A DNA stretch of 64,000 bases from Octopus vulgaris. Lineage: Eukaryota. The stretch is from NCBI GenBank assembly GCA_951406725.2, contig OX597827.1, positions 34,038,001-34,102,000 on the forward strand, written 5' to 3'. The position numbers and the translations under genes are program-made. The notes below the pieces were generated by a model that was not told the DNA's origin, did no database searches, and worked only from the letters and a program-made list of their open reading frames with translations. Of this stretch, positions 45,783-61,924 are shown one piece after another (the first letter of the stretch is position 1; each line of letters starts with the position of its first letter).

Positions 45783-45821
<39 letters not shown>

Positions 45822-46064
45822 TGTATGTATGTATGTATGTATGTATGTATGTATGTATGTATGTATGTATGTACACACAGGTAGATTCGTGCCATGATTA
45901 ATAGTTTTGTATATATTACTAGTAGATTCCTTATCTGGAGGAGTAACCAATTCTTTTACATCGTCACCCTTTTTATCTAACTTAAGCTTCCTACTCGTTT
46001 TAGTATCCTGTCTCCTATCAAAGCATACTCAATAAATAATACACATTATCAGAACATACAATAT

Positions 46065-46937
46065 TGTTACGGACCACCTGCCGTCGCCCGGTCGAACGGG
46101 AAAGTTCGCCACGGAACTCAGAGAGGAGAGAGATAACGACAACAACAACAGCAGGAAGAGACACAGAGATACAGCGGAAGGCAATTGGCTACGTTTAACA
46201 ACTAGTTTATATGACTATTACAACATCAAATACATTTAAAGATACATCAGGTAAATACAAGCAACAGAATCAACACATCAAAGCATTTAAGCAGTCCGGA
46301 GACAACAGTTCTGTTTCAAATCACATTAAAGGCATATACAATGTTCATAGACAAATAAGTTCAGATCAAATAATGTTCAAATCAGATCAATTCAAAACAC
46401 GATACAGTTCAGAGTTCTTTTCAGTCTTTAAAGACTGTATCAGAGTCTTTCTTTTTCTCTCTCTTTCTTCTTTCTCTTTTTTTCGTAACACGTATCAATA
46501 CAATTCTTTTTACATAAATACCACAACTCTTTCCTTCTTTTTCTTCACATATCAAAACATAATTAAACACAAACAAAACTTTACCGGACGTTCCTTTTCC
46601 GTCTGCAACAATTTCAGAAAATTACTACTGTAATTGCCAAGCCCTCTCGCTGCAGTCTCTTAGTTCCTTAATCCTCCCTGTCTTTCATCTGTCACAGCAG
46701 AAAACAACCTGTTACTTGCTCTGTCCTCGACTGACTCGTCTCTAGCAGAGTTTCCGGCTAACTGTGTTTACAGCTCAAGGTTCTTCCTTTTTAAGGGGTG
46801 TTTAGAACGAACTTTAGTTCACCTGAAAGGGGTCGCAGGTCTACCCAGAGCTAATTAATCAACCCGCATCTGGCAGAACAATGGATTCATTGCCAAATGT
46901 AGGTCGCCGTCAACTGTCCTCAAATTGAACCACAACA
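46065..46937. mobile_element. Solo LTR, 873 bp
   Basis: TGTT...AACA termini; 4-bp TSD ATAT at 46061-46064 and 46938-46941. Confidence 0.7.
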
Positions 46938-47212
46938 ATATTATGCACATTGACGGTACTTTAGCTCTGTCAGAGCTTGTATATTCTGTAAACAGCGATA
47001 AGCAAACAATCACTCTAGGGACAGGAGACAGGTATTCTTTTTCTAATGTAGGTCAACAACATAGATAGCCATGGAGAAATAAAAACCTATGAAAAGAAGT
47101 TGAAATTGCTACATTACTTTCTCTGTTTTTTTTTACAGAGGGATGAATTTATATGTTTATTATACACACAGTCTCACATACACACACACACACACACGCA
47201 CACACACACACG

Positions 47213-47273
<61 letters not shown>

Positions 47274-47353
47274 CATGTTTATTTGAAAGGTCGATATTAC
47301 ATTTCAAATATAAATTTTCATTATCTTAATAAAAAATTATTTATTTTCTTTAG

Positions 47354-47404
47354 AAAGAATAATCTTATCGACTGGGTCCAGTGATACCATTACTACAATT
47401 ATAG
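47354..47404 (+). CDS. Probable 51-bp exon 4 of the SLC16-like gene (loop before TM12)
   Basis: ttattttctttag| acceptor; perfect AG|GTAAGT donor; phase 1-1 and open: (E)RIILSTGSSDTITTII, resembling MCT G.L.D.TGSY......G. Confidence 0.6.
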
Positions 47405-47666
47405 GTAAGTCAATTTATTACTGCAATTTTTGTCTGTCTTGTTTCATTGTTGTTTTTCTGTTCATTATTCCAGCATTGACTTTTTCGTTTGTATGTCTTT
47501 TGGTATTATAACAGAATTAGTAAGGTTTCATTATCGCTCAATGAATTCGTCATTGAAATATCATACCATAAATTAAGGACAAACCAAATTATATACATGC
47601 GGTAAGCTACGGGGGACACCAACATCGGTTGTCAAACGATGGTAGGTGTCAAACACAGACACAAAA

Positions 47667-47701
<35 letters not shown>

Positions 47702-47709
47702 TATATATT

Positions 47710-48102
47710 ACTCTTTACTCTTTTACTTGTTTCAGTCATTTGAGTGCGGCCATGCTGGAGCACCGCCTTTAATCGAGCAACTCGACCCCGGGACTTATTC
47801 TTTTGTAAGCCCAGTACTTATTCTATCGGTCTCTTTTGCCGAACGGCTAAGTAACGGGGACATAAACACACCAGCATCGGTTGTCAAGCAATGCTAGGGG
47901 GACAAACACACACACGCATATATATATATACATATATACGACGGGCTTCTTTCAGTTTCCGTCTACCAAATCCACTCACAAGGCTTTGGTCGGCCCGAGG
48001 CTATAGTAGAAGACACTTGCCCAAGGTGCCACGCAGTGGGACTGAACCCGGAACCATGTGGTTGGTAGACAAGCTACTTACCACACAGCCACTCCTGCGA
48101 CT
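47710..48102 (-). mobile_element. tRNA-derived SINE (34072 family)
   Basis: Reverse complement of 34072-34500. Confidence 0.88.
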
Positions 48103-48329
48103 ATATATATATATATTACGGAGATGTACTCGCATAGCAAGTGATTTGATCTGAGATCGTGTGCTGGAACGAAAACAATTGCAGCGTGGAAGGTGTTTGT
48201 AAGTCATTTAAGAAACACACAAAAGCCGTTCTATTCACTTCAACATTTAAGTTTAATTTGTCAAAATATTTTCGTCGCTTTGAGACCGCGACCTGTTCAC
48301 TGACAAAAATCCGTGCTGCATATATATAT

Positions 48330-49670
<1,341 letters not shown>

Positions 49671-49969
49671 CTCATATATATATATACATAGTAGATATCA
49701 TACCCCCATACCCACAGTTTACACAGAGTAGAATAATTAGTGGGCTGTTATATGTAGATAGATGTGTGTGTGTGTGGAGGGGTATGTATATATATGTATA
49801 TGCACATGTAAGTAAGCATATAGATATGAAAGTAAACAGATTAACATACAGACGGATGGGTACATAGGTTATATGAACAGACATGCACACATACACAAAG
49901 GAAGACTGAGACACATGACCATATATACACACACTTTACTTCACACAGGGACACATATGGAGACACACG

Positions 49970-50400
49970 TCTACACATATGGAGATCTAATCGATTATTA
50001 ATCAGGTTGCCTTTATCTTTATGCTTAAAAATTTCATATGTTTCCATAGAGCACAATTCACACCCATATCTGCTATTTCTATAAGGCTGTGCTTTTCTTA
50101 TTATTTCCCATTTGAGGCTAAACCCAATTCCACTTTCCTTCAATTCCCAAATCTTACTGGATAATGACGTACAATTCACCTTATGTTTAAGTTTAAAGGA
50201 CGACACGTGGTTGTATAGATGCTGTTTCAAATTGATCGAACAACTATTGTATATATAATTATTAGTTGTAGTTATTATTGTACATTTATATATATCGTTC
50301 AGGGTAAGACATTGGCCTAATAACGGACAGCGGGATTTAACTATAGAATTGCAACTAGGAGAATTATTATTATTAAAATTAGTATTATTGAAATTATTGA
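49970..50400 (-). mobile_element. Penelope GIY-YIG fragment
   Basis: YNHVSSFK...TSLSSKIWELK...LKWEII..AQPY...CELC..E. Confidence 0.8.
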
Positions 50401-50678
50401 GGTTTCGCCTGTGATTGAAAAAGGTTTTATAAAAGGAAAAAGGGGCTCCCCTTTTTGACCAGGCTCCCGTTGGCTTTTATGGGTTTTTTCCACCAGGAAC
50501 CTTTCGAAGCGCCTCCCCCTATTGGGAGTTTTTCATTGTTAAATATTTTCGTTGTTACACTGTTTTTTACACGGATTTTTACAAACGGACAAAACCCTTT
50601 GTAACCTTTCGTCCTGTTTTGTCCCTTTATGTTTTCTAATCATGTGTGTCAGCCCCTGTGGCCAATAAAAAGAATTAA

Positions 50679-50759
<81 letters not shown>

Positions 50760-51150
50760 TTCGCTATTAATATTTCTATCATCATGTATGTTATGTTCAC
50801 ATCTGTTATTTTCTGACTTCAATCGTAGTATCATTTAAAACCGCCTCTGCATCAGCAGGCATACTAATAGTTTCCATGCCCGTATATGCACCGGAACTAC
50901 AATTCATAATGTTAATATTAGAAGTGCTACCACTATCACTTGTATCCACCACATCATCATCAATAATACTATTCTCAGTTTCGGGGTTTACGTTATAGTT
51001 GACAGTACTATTATTATTATTAATATTATTATTGTTGTTTTATTGCTATTGTTATTATTGTTGTTATTGTTACTATTATTATTATTATTATTATTATCAT
51101 CATTATCATTCTTCTTCTTCTTCTTCTTATCATCATTATTATTATTATTA

Positions 51151-51197
<47 letters not shown>

Positions 51198-51199
51198 CA

Positions 51200-52270
51200 T
51201 TAACAATTCTGGATAATTTTATATCATTCTTATTTAATCTAGCTATGGTAGTGCCCATATTGGGAAGAGCAGAGTATGAGATTCTAACTGTCTGACGTGA
51301 AAAGATTCTATTATATCTATAGGAAGTAGGGAAGTTTTATTTCTAAAATAGCCTTAAAGTTTCTATATATATTTGTGGATAATGCCTAGTTGTATGGGAT
51401 ATTGAACCAGACGAAATTCTTACCTTTAAATTTATGGTGTAAGTAAGTGCGGGATACATTTGTATTAACCCTGCTCCCTAGAATCGTACCATGATTAATA
51501 GTTTTGTATATATTTCTAGTAGATTCCTTATCTGGGGGAGTAACCATTTCTTTTACATCGTCACCCTTTTTATCTAACCTAAGCTTACTCGTTTACTCGT
51601 TTTAGTATCCTGTCTCCTATCGAAGCATACTCTATTATTATTTAAAATGTTAGGTTTGTAGGATGCTTTATCATTTGGTATTTTTTCACAAATAAGTAAG
51701 TTAGTAGACTTTCTATTAGTCAAACTGTCATTATTATCTCAATTATAAGGTGCAAAACTTACGGGACAAATAAAAGTAATTTCCTGATCATATATCGCCT
51801 TAGACAAAACAACATTGTAGTGGTATGAATGGAAATTAAAAATATCAATGTTTGAGGGTAATTTAGTAATTCTCCTAGAAATACGCTTAACTACCGATTT
51901 CAATACAATAGTGGGGTGATTTGATAATTTGTTCACATATATTGTAACCTCACCTTCTTTCCTATAGGGGTAGTATAACTTAATGTTTAAAGTAGTATCC
52001 AAAAATTTACTACTTTTGTTCCATGTTCATATGTAATACTTAAGTTAATTTTTCTAATTCTTTTTTGAAAAATTTTCTAATTCCTTTTCTCATTCTTTCT
52101 ATGATTGATTTATTGTTGGTATGGTGATGAACAGAGCATCCTCCCTATATAAACCTCCCTGTAATATAGGGATTTCCTATTTAGGCACCTTAAAAGGTAC
52201 GCACCTACGAGATTTGTAATTTCGGCCGAATCACTCGAGCCCATCGCTATATCAGTATCTCAGTACTCTT
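51200..52270 (-). mobile_element. Penelope-like RT/thumb fragment
   Basis: MGSSDSAEITNLVG, GGLYRED, FLDTTLN, YVNKLSNHP; mirrored at 61035-61815. Confidence 0.8.
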
Positions 52271-52426
52271 ATATATATATAGTATTGATTAATAGTATGT
52301 GATGGATTTCATATAAGACTTTTATTAAGTACTACATATGTTTCGATACATCAGTCAAGGTCTCTCCAGGTACATTAATGAAGATGTCTCACCAAAGATT
52401 TTTAGTGTCGGCAGGTTTGTTGTTAT

Positions 52427-53791
52427 CGCCTTGATCACCTTGACCGACCAGTCCGTCAGGCGTCCATTTGACACCGCTGGTCACAGCACGCTGTCCACTC
52501 CTCTCTGGATCGCGCCTTTCTCATCCACGTGATCCCAATCATCCTACTGAAATCGTAACTCCACCGTCATGGAGGTCTTCCGGGTGGTCTTTTCCGTTCA
52601 CGCGGGTACCAATCGACAACTGCGTGCGTCCACCGATTATCGGTGAGCCGGATGACATGTCCAGCCCATCTATACTTGCTGCGTGTATACTCTGCGATGA
52701 CATCTCTCACGCCGGACTTCTTTCTGATGATCTTGCTACTTATGTGCTCTCTCAACGAGATACCAAGCATTGACCTTTCCATGGCTCTTTGAGCCGTTAC
52801 CAGTCTTTGCTCTTCTCTCTTTGTGGTAGCCCATGTTTCACTACCATATAACATTGCAGGCAGAACTGCACTGTTAATGAGGTTGGCGCGGGTGGTCCTG
52901 TCCAACCTTCCCTTGAGCACATCCCTTATGCCATTGAACGCCTTCCATCCAGCCCTTACTCTCCGTGAGATCTCCTTTTTGATATCCCGGCACATATTTA
53001 CTTCCTGTTCCAGGTAGACATATTCCCTCACCTCCTCTATTTCATCACTGCCGATCACCATTCGACCTGTTGGTACATTGTCTGACCGCATGAACTTTGT
53101 TTTCATGCGGTTCATCTTGAGACCTACTGCAGAACTTTTTATGTCGAGCTCCGTCAGCATGGTCTGAAGCTGATCCATGTTTTCAGCGATGAGTACGATG
53201 TCGTCAGCGAAACGGAGGTGAGTGAGGAGCTCGCCATTGATGTTGACACCACATTGCCAGTCGATGCCTCTGATGATCTGTTCGAGACATGCAGTGAAAA
53301 GTTTTGGGTAGATTGTATCTCCTTGCTTCACTCCCTTCTCGGCCGGCACTCGTATGGGTGATGACAGTAGAGCTATGTCGGTGGTGCATCTGGAATTTGC
53401 CTCTCTGAGCAGCTGCACATATTGCGCTTCGATTCCTTGCCTCTGCAGCGAGTTCAGCACTGCGTTGGTTTCGACGCTATCGAAGGCCTTCTCATAATCT
53501 ATAAACGCAACGCAAAGAGGCAGCTTGTACTCATTTGCTCGCTCAAGCAGTTGCGTTAGAGTAAATATATGGTCCATTGTGCTGTAGTTCTTCCGGAAGC
53601 CTGCTTGTTCCCTCGGTTGTTGTTCGTTGAGACGACGTGACAACCTGTTCAGAATTATCTTCGTGAACAGCTTGTACACGTGAGACAGCAGGCATATGGG
53701 TCGGTAGTTCTTTAGATCTTCTCTGTCGCCCTTCTTATACAGCAGGATGGTATTTGACTCTTTCCACTGCGAGGGAATTCTTCTCTCGTCT
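52427..53791 (-). mobile_element. 5'-truncated RTE-clade LINE with intact RT ORF and 14-bp TSD
   Basis: NYRPICLL, EQAGFR, DYEKAFDSV, GVKQGD, LRFADD; TSD AGGTTTGTTGTTAT at 52413-52426 and 53792-53805. Confidence 0.93.
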
Positions 53792-54053
53792 AGGTTTGTT
53801 GTTATATGCACATCAAATTAGGGACTGAAGAAAAGTAAATAATATTATAGAAACGCAAAAAAATTCAAATGTGACCTGGAAATATTGCGATCCAGTTTAG
53901 ATAAAATGACCTAATCGACTTTCGCTGTCATATCTACTTAGAGAAAAAAGAAAGTGGAAGGAGAAAGGAAGATTACTACTTAGATTAGTAGTTTTATGTT
54001 CGCGCATATACATACAGACGGTCAAACAGAGAGACATATATGCCAACAGTATA

Positions 54054-54213
<160 letters not shown>

Positions 54214-54379
54214 TTTAAAACATTTACCCTCAGGGTAAATGTTTTTAAATTTTCTCTTTCACTTGTTTCAGTGGGTGAATGCATTTGACTGTTGATGTTG
54301 AACTTAAAAATGGCTATGACATTTTAATTTTTTCCTATAGCGCTGTGGCAAAGAATTAAAAATTTTTTGCTGGTTTCAG

Positions 54380-54549
54380 ACACCACCGCCTTTAGTCGAG
54401 CAACTCGACACCAGGATTATTCTTTGGAAGCCTAGTACTTATTCTATCGGCCTGTTTTGTCGAACCACTAAGTTACGGGGACATAAACACATCAGCATCG
54501 GTTGTCAAGCAATGCTAAGGAGACAAACACAGACACACAAACACACACA

Positions 54550-54637
<88 letters not shown>

Positions 54638-54805
54638 TACGACGGGCTTCTTTCAGTTTCCGTCTACCAAATCCACTCACAAGGCTATGGTCGGCCCGAG
54701 GCTATACTAGAAGACACTTGCCCAAGGTGCCACGCAATGGGAATGAACCCAGAACCATGTGGTTGGTAAGCAAGCTACTTACCACACAGCCACTCCTGCG
54801 CCTAT
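54380..54805 (-). mobile_element. tRNA-derived SINE (34072 family)
   Basis: Same sequence as 47760-48100; absent from the mirror arm. Confidence 0.88.
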
Positions 54806-54857
54806 ATATATATATGTCAAATAAAAGACGGAAGATGGAATTACAAGAATTTATTAT

Positions 54858-54948
54858 TAATCAGGACAATTGTTTCGACACACCTAGCATCGATCCCTCA
54901 TTGGTGGGACACTCAACAATTGGTGCAGATGTATCTCGTCGGGTGATA
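54858..54948 (-). ncRNA. Hammerhead motif, mutated core (CCGACGA)
   Basis: Mirror of 60392-60499. Confidence 0.5.
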
Positions 54949-55488
54949 AAAAAATGCAGCTCGTTAAAATAACAGTTCCGCAATGTAACTTCCCATTTTG
55001 TAGAAAAAATAAAGCAGACAGACGGAGGAAATATCATCATTTATATAGAAGAGCAAAATTAAAATCACAGATGGCAAAGAAAGAAAAGCGAACACGTAAT
55101 CCAGCGAGAAAAGTATTAAAGATAACCAGCAATAAATATCGGTGTATAAACGCCCTCGGGCAAGTTGCATAGCGCAAGTACACTCGCTCATGCAAGCATC
55201 CGCAAAAATGTGAGCATACGCATACGTGAGGTTTGGTTCATTCATGATCACAAAGCGATTTAACTATCTACTTGGTGTTGTAAGATCGGGGAAGTTAACA
55301 GGAAACTTAAGTCATCCATACCTTAAATTAAATTAAGTTAACGGTTACTCAAAATTCATTCCCACTGCATTGTGCGAAAGTAAATTTATTTGCGTGTAGG
55401 CATCTCGAGAGTCGTTCAGAAATTCTATTAATGATCTTCTCGTTTATTTACTACACATTTCTTTTGAATTATATATTTAGATGTATAA

Positions 55489-55545
<57 letters not shown>

Positions 55546-55687
55546 CATCTATATACACACAGGTATGTCATATTTTCCGTTTGTTGTCTTATTTAATCCT
55601 GAAAATATTATTTATGTAGCGTAAGCACTCATTCATTTTTTTTTTACCTATACATACATACAGACAGACAGACAAATAGATAGATAA

Positions 55688-55751
<64 letters not shown>

Positions 55752-55760
55752 GTAGATAGG

Positions 55761-55843
<83 letters not shown>

Positions 55844-56709
55844 GAAAATGTATATTTGAAAATACACCTAAATTTCAAAAACTCGTAACTGTTTAAAATA
55901 CATTTATTTACATATATACCAAACTAGTTTCAACAATATTTTTTGTATATCAATGGCAAAAATTTAAAGTTATGAATTAAAAAAGCATCTTTGTTTATCA
56001 ATGGTAAAAGTTTAAAATTATGAATTAGAAAAACATTTTTAAAAGTTTCAATATTGACAAATTAAATAGTTTCAATGTTGACAAATTAAAATGTTGCAAT
56101 GTTGATAAATTAACATGTTCAAAACAGATAAATTTAGCGTTGTGAATTAAGATAGGTGTAAGTTTGAATGTTCATAGCATTCAATAATATTAAAACTGTA
56201 TATCAATTTGTTTGAATGTACAAAGTTCCTTAATGTTAGTGGTGGTCGACAAGTCATACCGAAAAAAACAAGGATGAAATGAAAATAGTAAAAAAAAGGA
56301 ATTTGGTTTACAGTTTCTCTGATCCTCTTCTAGTAGACGCTTTCGCTTGTAGTGGTATGTTTTGGGATCAGATGTATTTATAATTTTTTCCACGATCTGA
56401 TCTAAATTTTGATTCGTTAAAATACTGGTGACGTTTTTTTTTTCCGTGGTCAAACTTGTCGTTCTGCTTGGTTGGTTTCCCTGTGGAGACGGTCATAAGT
56501 CGTTCCGGTGTGTTGGTTCTCTTAAAGGGTCATTTCGTTTTATTTGTTGAAGTTCGGTTTTGATTAGTCTGGAGTTAGGTGACATCAGCAACTGGTGTTT
56601 GTAAAATTTCATTGGACTAGAGGTAGGTGACATCAGCAACTGGTGTTTGTATGGTGATTTGGAGTTGCGATATCGGAACCCGGATGGAAGATTGTTACTA
56701 AAGTTTTTA

Positions 56710-59020
56710 CCAAATGTGAGATTCCGAAGGTGATAAATTTCTCACATAAAACCCTTTCGAACTAGGAAATCAAAATTCTTGTATCCCAACACCACAAAGG
56801 TCGAACTTAAATGATATACAAAACGATATCCAAGAATTCTGCAGAAAACTTCGCATCACTGAAGAACTGCTGGATAAAAATAATAATGATCAATCAATCC
56901 TTCACAATAAAAGTAACTACTGTCCTACTAAAGGAAGAAATCAAACTTTGGATAACTTTTGTGATTTGATTCCCAGTTACCCCTACAATTTACTCCCACC
57001 CCGAAAATTTTTAATAAATACAAGTAGAGAATGGGAAATCATTAATAATCTCAAGGAGGATGACAACATAATTATAAAAGAAGCCGACAAAGGGAGTGCT
57101 GTAGTAATCATGGACTCAGAAAAATACATAAACACTACCCTAACCCTCCTTCAAGACAGTACTTACTATGAAAAAATCAACAACTACAGTGACTCCAAGA
57201 TAATTACCAAACTGTCTACCCTTATCCACCAGTTCCAACAAGGTCTAACAAAAAAAGAGACAGATTACTTGACTAGATTTGACTGCAAAACCATTAATTT
57301 CTATGGCCTTCCCAAACTCCCCAAAAGTGAGGCCATAAACGAAGCCTGTAACAAATCAACTTCTATAGTCATAAATATTCAAATATTCCACACCCGAGAG
57401 ATCTCAAAATTAGACCAATTGTGTCTGGTCCCTCGTGTGAGACACACAGACTCGGTAACTTTATTGACGTACTCCTCAAACCTATTCTCCAACATATACC
57501 GAGCTTTATACGGGATGATCTGGACTGTTTAAACCATCTCCCGAACAAAACCAGCAAGGACTCCCTCCTGGTTTCATTCGATGTAATAAACCTGTACACC
57601 TCGTTTCCTCACGAATATGAAATAATAGCCATACAATACTGGTTGGAAAAATTCCCAAATGACATTCCTGAGCGAATCGGAAAAGAATTCATCGTTGAAG
57701 GAATAAAATTCATCCTACAGAACAACTGCTTCTATTTCAACGAAAACGCTTAAAGACAAAAATCGGGCACGGCGATGGGAACGAGGGTAGTGCCTACTTT
57801 TGCCAACCTTGTCATGGCATACTTGAAAGTCCAAATATACGAACGCGCTAGATTGAAATTTGGAGACAATTTCCAAAAATACATACTCACCAACTGGAAA
57901 CGCTACCTGGGTTACTGTTTCATCCTGTGGCTACATAATATTGAACAACTCTCAAAATTTAAAATCTTAATCAACAGCATTAACCACAGTATCCAGTTTA
58001 CAATTGAATACAACCACAAACAACTACCCTTCCTGGGCATTTAAATAATAAAGAAAGATACTGAAACTGAAACCGATATCTTCAAACCAACAGACTCAAG
58101 ACAATATCTCCTCTTCTCCTCTTGCCACCCAAAACATACTAAAATAAATATACCGTTCAACTTGGCGAGAAAATTTTGCACGATTACATCAAATCCCGAA
58201 ACCCGAGAAAAGCTACTCCAAGAACTTAACAACACATTACTGGATAGTCTAATCAAAAATGGAATAAAACGTGCAAAAATGATAGACATCCAAGAGTTAA
58301 GGAAAAAAGAAAACACCATGACACACTTAAAACACTATCTTACGTATCAACACACAATCCAAAAAACATGGAAGCATACAACATCACCCACCAAAACATA
58401 CTCCTCCTTATGAAGGACCCGCGAATGAAAAAGGCACTAGAAACACATAGGATTATTAAAAGCAACAGACAACCGCAATCCCTAAAACAATTACTCACCA
58501 GCGCCAAATTACCTACCAAAATTACATCCCCACAAGTCTAAAAGTGTAACCACCCTAACTGCGGAACTTGTATCTTCCTCTTAGAGGGCTCAACATGCAA
58601 ATTTAAGTCAGGTCAAACTTTTACCATCAAATATGATTTCACCTGTGCTTCGAAGAACTTAATCTATGTTCTCAAATGTGGAGGTTATGGCGGTGACTAC
58701 ATTGGTCAAACTAGCTTAACTTTGAATGATAGACTTACGGTGCTCAGGCAACAAATCTGGGACTCCACCACTAGGAAAATTCCCGTAAGCAAGCACCTAG
58801 CCCAATGCCCCGTAGGCATAAACTCTAAATACCAAATCTTCCCTCTATCTGTCAATGCACTGGAAAAACTTCAACCCAATTCCGTTTAAATAAGGAAAAC
58901 ATACTGATTAAAAAGTTATAAAGGAAAGCTGAATATCCTTTAGAAAGAAGAGAAAGCAGTAAAAAGAAAAGAAAAAGACTCAATTTCAACACAAATAACA
59001 ACCAGGAACAACAATATTTT
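56710..59020 (+). mobile_element. Penelope-like element (RT + GIY-YIG), frameshifted
   Basis: IIIKEADKGSAVVIMD, FYGLPK, SFDVINLYT, G.AMGT..P.FANL.M, LPFL, NLIYVLKC....YIGQT. Confidence 0.92.
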
Positions 59021-59532
59021 TTAAACTTTAGTAACAATCTTCTATATGGGTTCCGATATCGCAACTCCAAATCACCATACAAACACCAGTTGCCGATGTC
59101 ACCTACCTCTAGTCCAATGAAATTTTACAAACACCAGTTGCTGACGTTACCTAACTCCAGATCAATCAAAACCGAACTTCAACAAATAAAACGAAATGAT
59201 CCTTTAAGAGAACCAACACACCGAAAGGCCTTATGACCGTCACCACAGGGAAACCAACTGTTTTGAACATGTTAATTTATCAACATTGCAACATTTTAAT
59301 TTGTTAACATTGAAACATTTTAGTTCGTCAACATTGAAACATTTTAATTTGTCAATATTGAAACTTTTAAAGATGTTTTTCTAATTCATAATTTTAAACT
59401 TTTGCCAGTGATAAACAAAAAATATTGTTGAAACTAGTTTGGTATATATGTAAATAAATGTTTTTTAAACATTTACGAGTTTTTGAAATTTAGGTGCATT
59501 TTCAAAAACACATATTCCTATATATTTATCTA

Positions 59533-59643
<111 letters not shown>

Positions 59644-59763
59644 TTGTCTGTCTGTCTGTATGTATGTATAGGTAAAAAAAAAATGAATGAGTGCTTACGC
59701 TACATAAATAATATCTTCAGGATTAAATAAGACAACAAACGGAAAATATGACATACCTGTGTG

Positions 59764-59846
<83 letters not shown>

Positions 59847-60391
59847 TTATACATATATATATATAATTCAAAAGAAACGTGTAGTAAGTAAACGAGAAGA
59901 TCATTAATAGAATTTCTGAACGACTCTCGAGATGCCTACACGCAAATAAATTTACTTTCGCACAATGCAGTGGGAATGAATTTTGAATAAACGTTAACAT
60001 AATTTAATTTACTTTAAGGTATAGATAACTTAAGTTTCCTGTTAACTTCCCCGTTCTTACAAACACCAAGTAGATAGTTGACTCGCTTTGTGATCATGAG
60101 TGCACCAAACCTCACGTATGCGTATGCTCACATTTTTGCGGATGCTTGCATGAGCGAGTGTACTCGCGCTATGCAACTTGCCCGAGGGCGTTTATACACC
60201 GATATTTCTTGCTGGTTATTTTTAATACTTTTCTCGCTGGATTGTGTGTTCGTTTTTTTTTCTTTGCCATCTGCGATTATATTTTTGCTCTTCTATATAA
60301 ATGATGATATTTCCTCCGTCTGTCTGCTTTTTTTTTTCTACAAAACGGGAGGTTACATTGCGGGAGGTTATTTTAACGAGCTGCATTTTTT

Positions 60392-60499
60392 TATCACCTG
60401 ACGAGATACATCTGCACTACCGGATGCTCTTGAGCCAATTGTTGAGTGTCCCACCAATGAGGGATCGATGTTAGATGTGACGAAACAATTGTCCTGGTT
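60392..60499 (+). ncRNA. Hammerhead motif with intact core
   Basis: CUGACGA 60398-60404; stem II ACAUCU/AGAUGU; GAAA 60482; palindromic ACAAUUGU; GUC 60491-60493; stem I AUCA/UGGU after a C-C mismatch. Confidence 0.7.
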
Positions 60500-60540
60500 A
60501 ATAATAAATTCTTGTAATTCCATCTTCCGTCTTTCATTTG

Positions 60541-60593
<53 letters not shown>

Positions 60594-60978
60594 GCATATA
60601 TAAATATCTCTGTTTGACCGTCTGTATGCATGTGCGTGAACATAAAACTACTAGTCTAATTAGTAATCTTCCTTTCTCCTTCCACTTTCTTTTTTCTCTA
60701 AGCAGATATGACAGGAAAGTCGACTAGGTCATTTTTAAAATCTAAACTGGAACGCAAGATTTCCTCGTTCACATTTGAATTTTTTGCTTTTCTATAATAT
60801 TATTTACTTTTATTCTGTCCCTAACTTGATGGGCATATAACAACAAACCTGCCGACACTAAAAATCTTTGGTGAGACATCTTCATTAATGTATCTGGAGA
60901 GACCTAGACTGATGTATCGAAACATATGTAGTACCTAATAAAAGTCTTATATGAAATCCATCACATACTATTAATTAA

Positions 60979-61037
<59 letters not shown>

Positions 61038-61826
61038 AGTACCGAGATACTGATATAGCCATGGGCTCGAGCGATTCGGCTGAAATCACTAATCTAGTAG
61101 GTGCGTACCTTTTAAGGTGCCTAAATAGGGAAATCCATGAATTACAGGGAGGTTTATAAAGGGAGGATGCTCTGTTCATCACCATACCAACAATAACTCA
61201 ATCATAGAAAGAATAAGAAAAAGAATTAGAAAATTTAAAAAAAAATTTAACTTAAGTATTACGTATCAACATAGCACAAAAGTAGTAAATTTTTGGATAC
61301 TACTTTAAACATTAACTCTAAGTTATACTACCCCTATAGGAAAGACGGTGAGGTTACAATATATGTGAACAAATTATCATATCACCCCACTATTGTATTG
61401 AAATCGGTAGTTAAGCGTATTTCTAGGAGAATTACTAAATTACCCTCAAACATTGATATTTTTAATTTCCATTCATACCATTACAATGTTGTTTTGTCTA
61501 AGGCGGTATATGACCAAGAAATTACTTTTCTTTGTCCTGTAAGTTCGGCACCTTATAATTGAGGAAAAAAATGATAGTTTGACTAATAGAAAGTCTACTA
61601 ACTTAGTTGTGAAAAAATGCCAAATGATAAAGCATCCTACAAACCTAACATTTTAAACAATAATAGAGTATGCTTCGATAGGAGACAGGATACTAAAACG
61701 AGTAGGAAGCTTAGGTTAGATAAAAAGGGTGACGATGTAAAAGAAATGGTTACTCCCCCAGATAAGGAATCTACTAGAAATATATACAAAGCTATTAATC
61801 ATCTCACGAATCTACCTATGTGTATA

Positions 61827-61924
<98 letters not shown>

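Larger units (their letters stand above)
44639..46030. repeat. Inverted copy of 61670-62513, carrying an extra HHR fold-back insertion
   Basis: 44639-45210 mirrors 61925-62513; 45881-46030 mirrors 61670-61818. Confidence 0.9.

Noticed and set aside
56575-56652. Repeat-spacer-repeat taggtgacatcagcaactggtgtttgta (CRISPR-like)
   Set aside because: Only two copies, eukaryotic context, no cas genes; a simple local duplication
60845-60935. CUGCCGA...GAAACAUAUGUA motif (mirror at 52330-52415)
   Set aside because: Core and stems I/II are non-canonical; not called as a ribozyme
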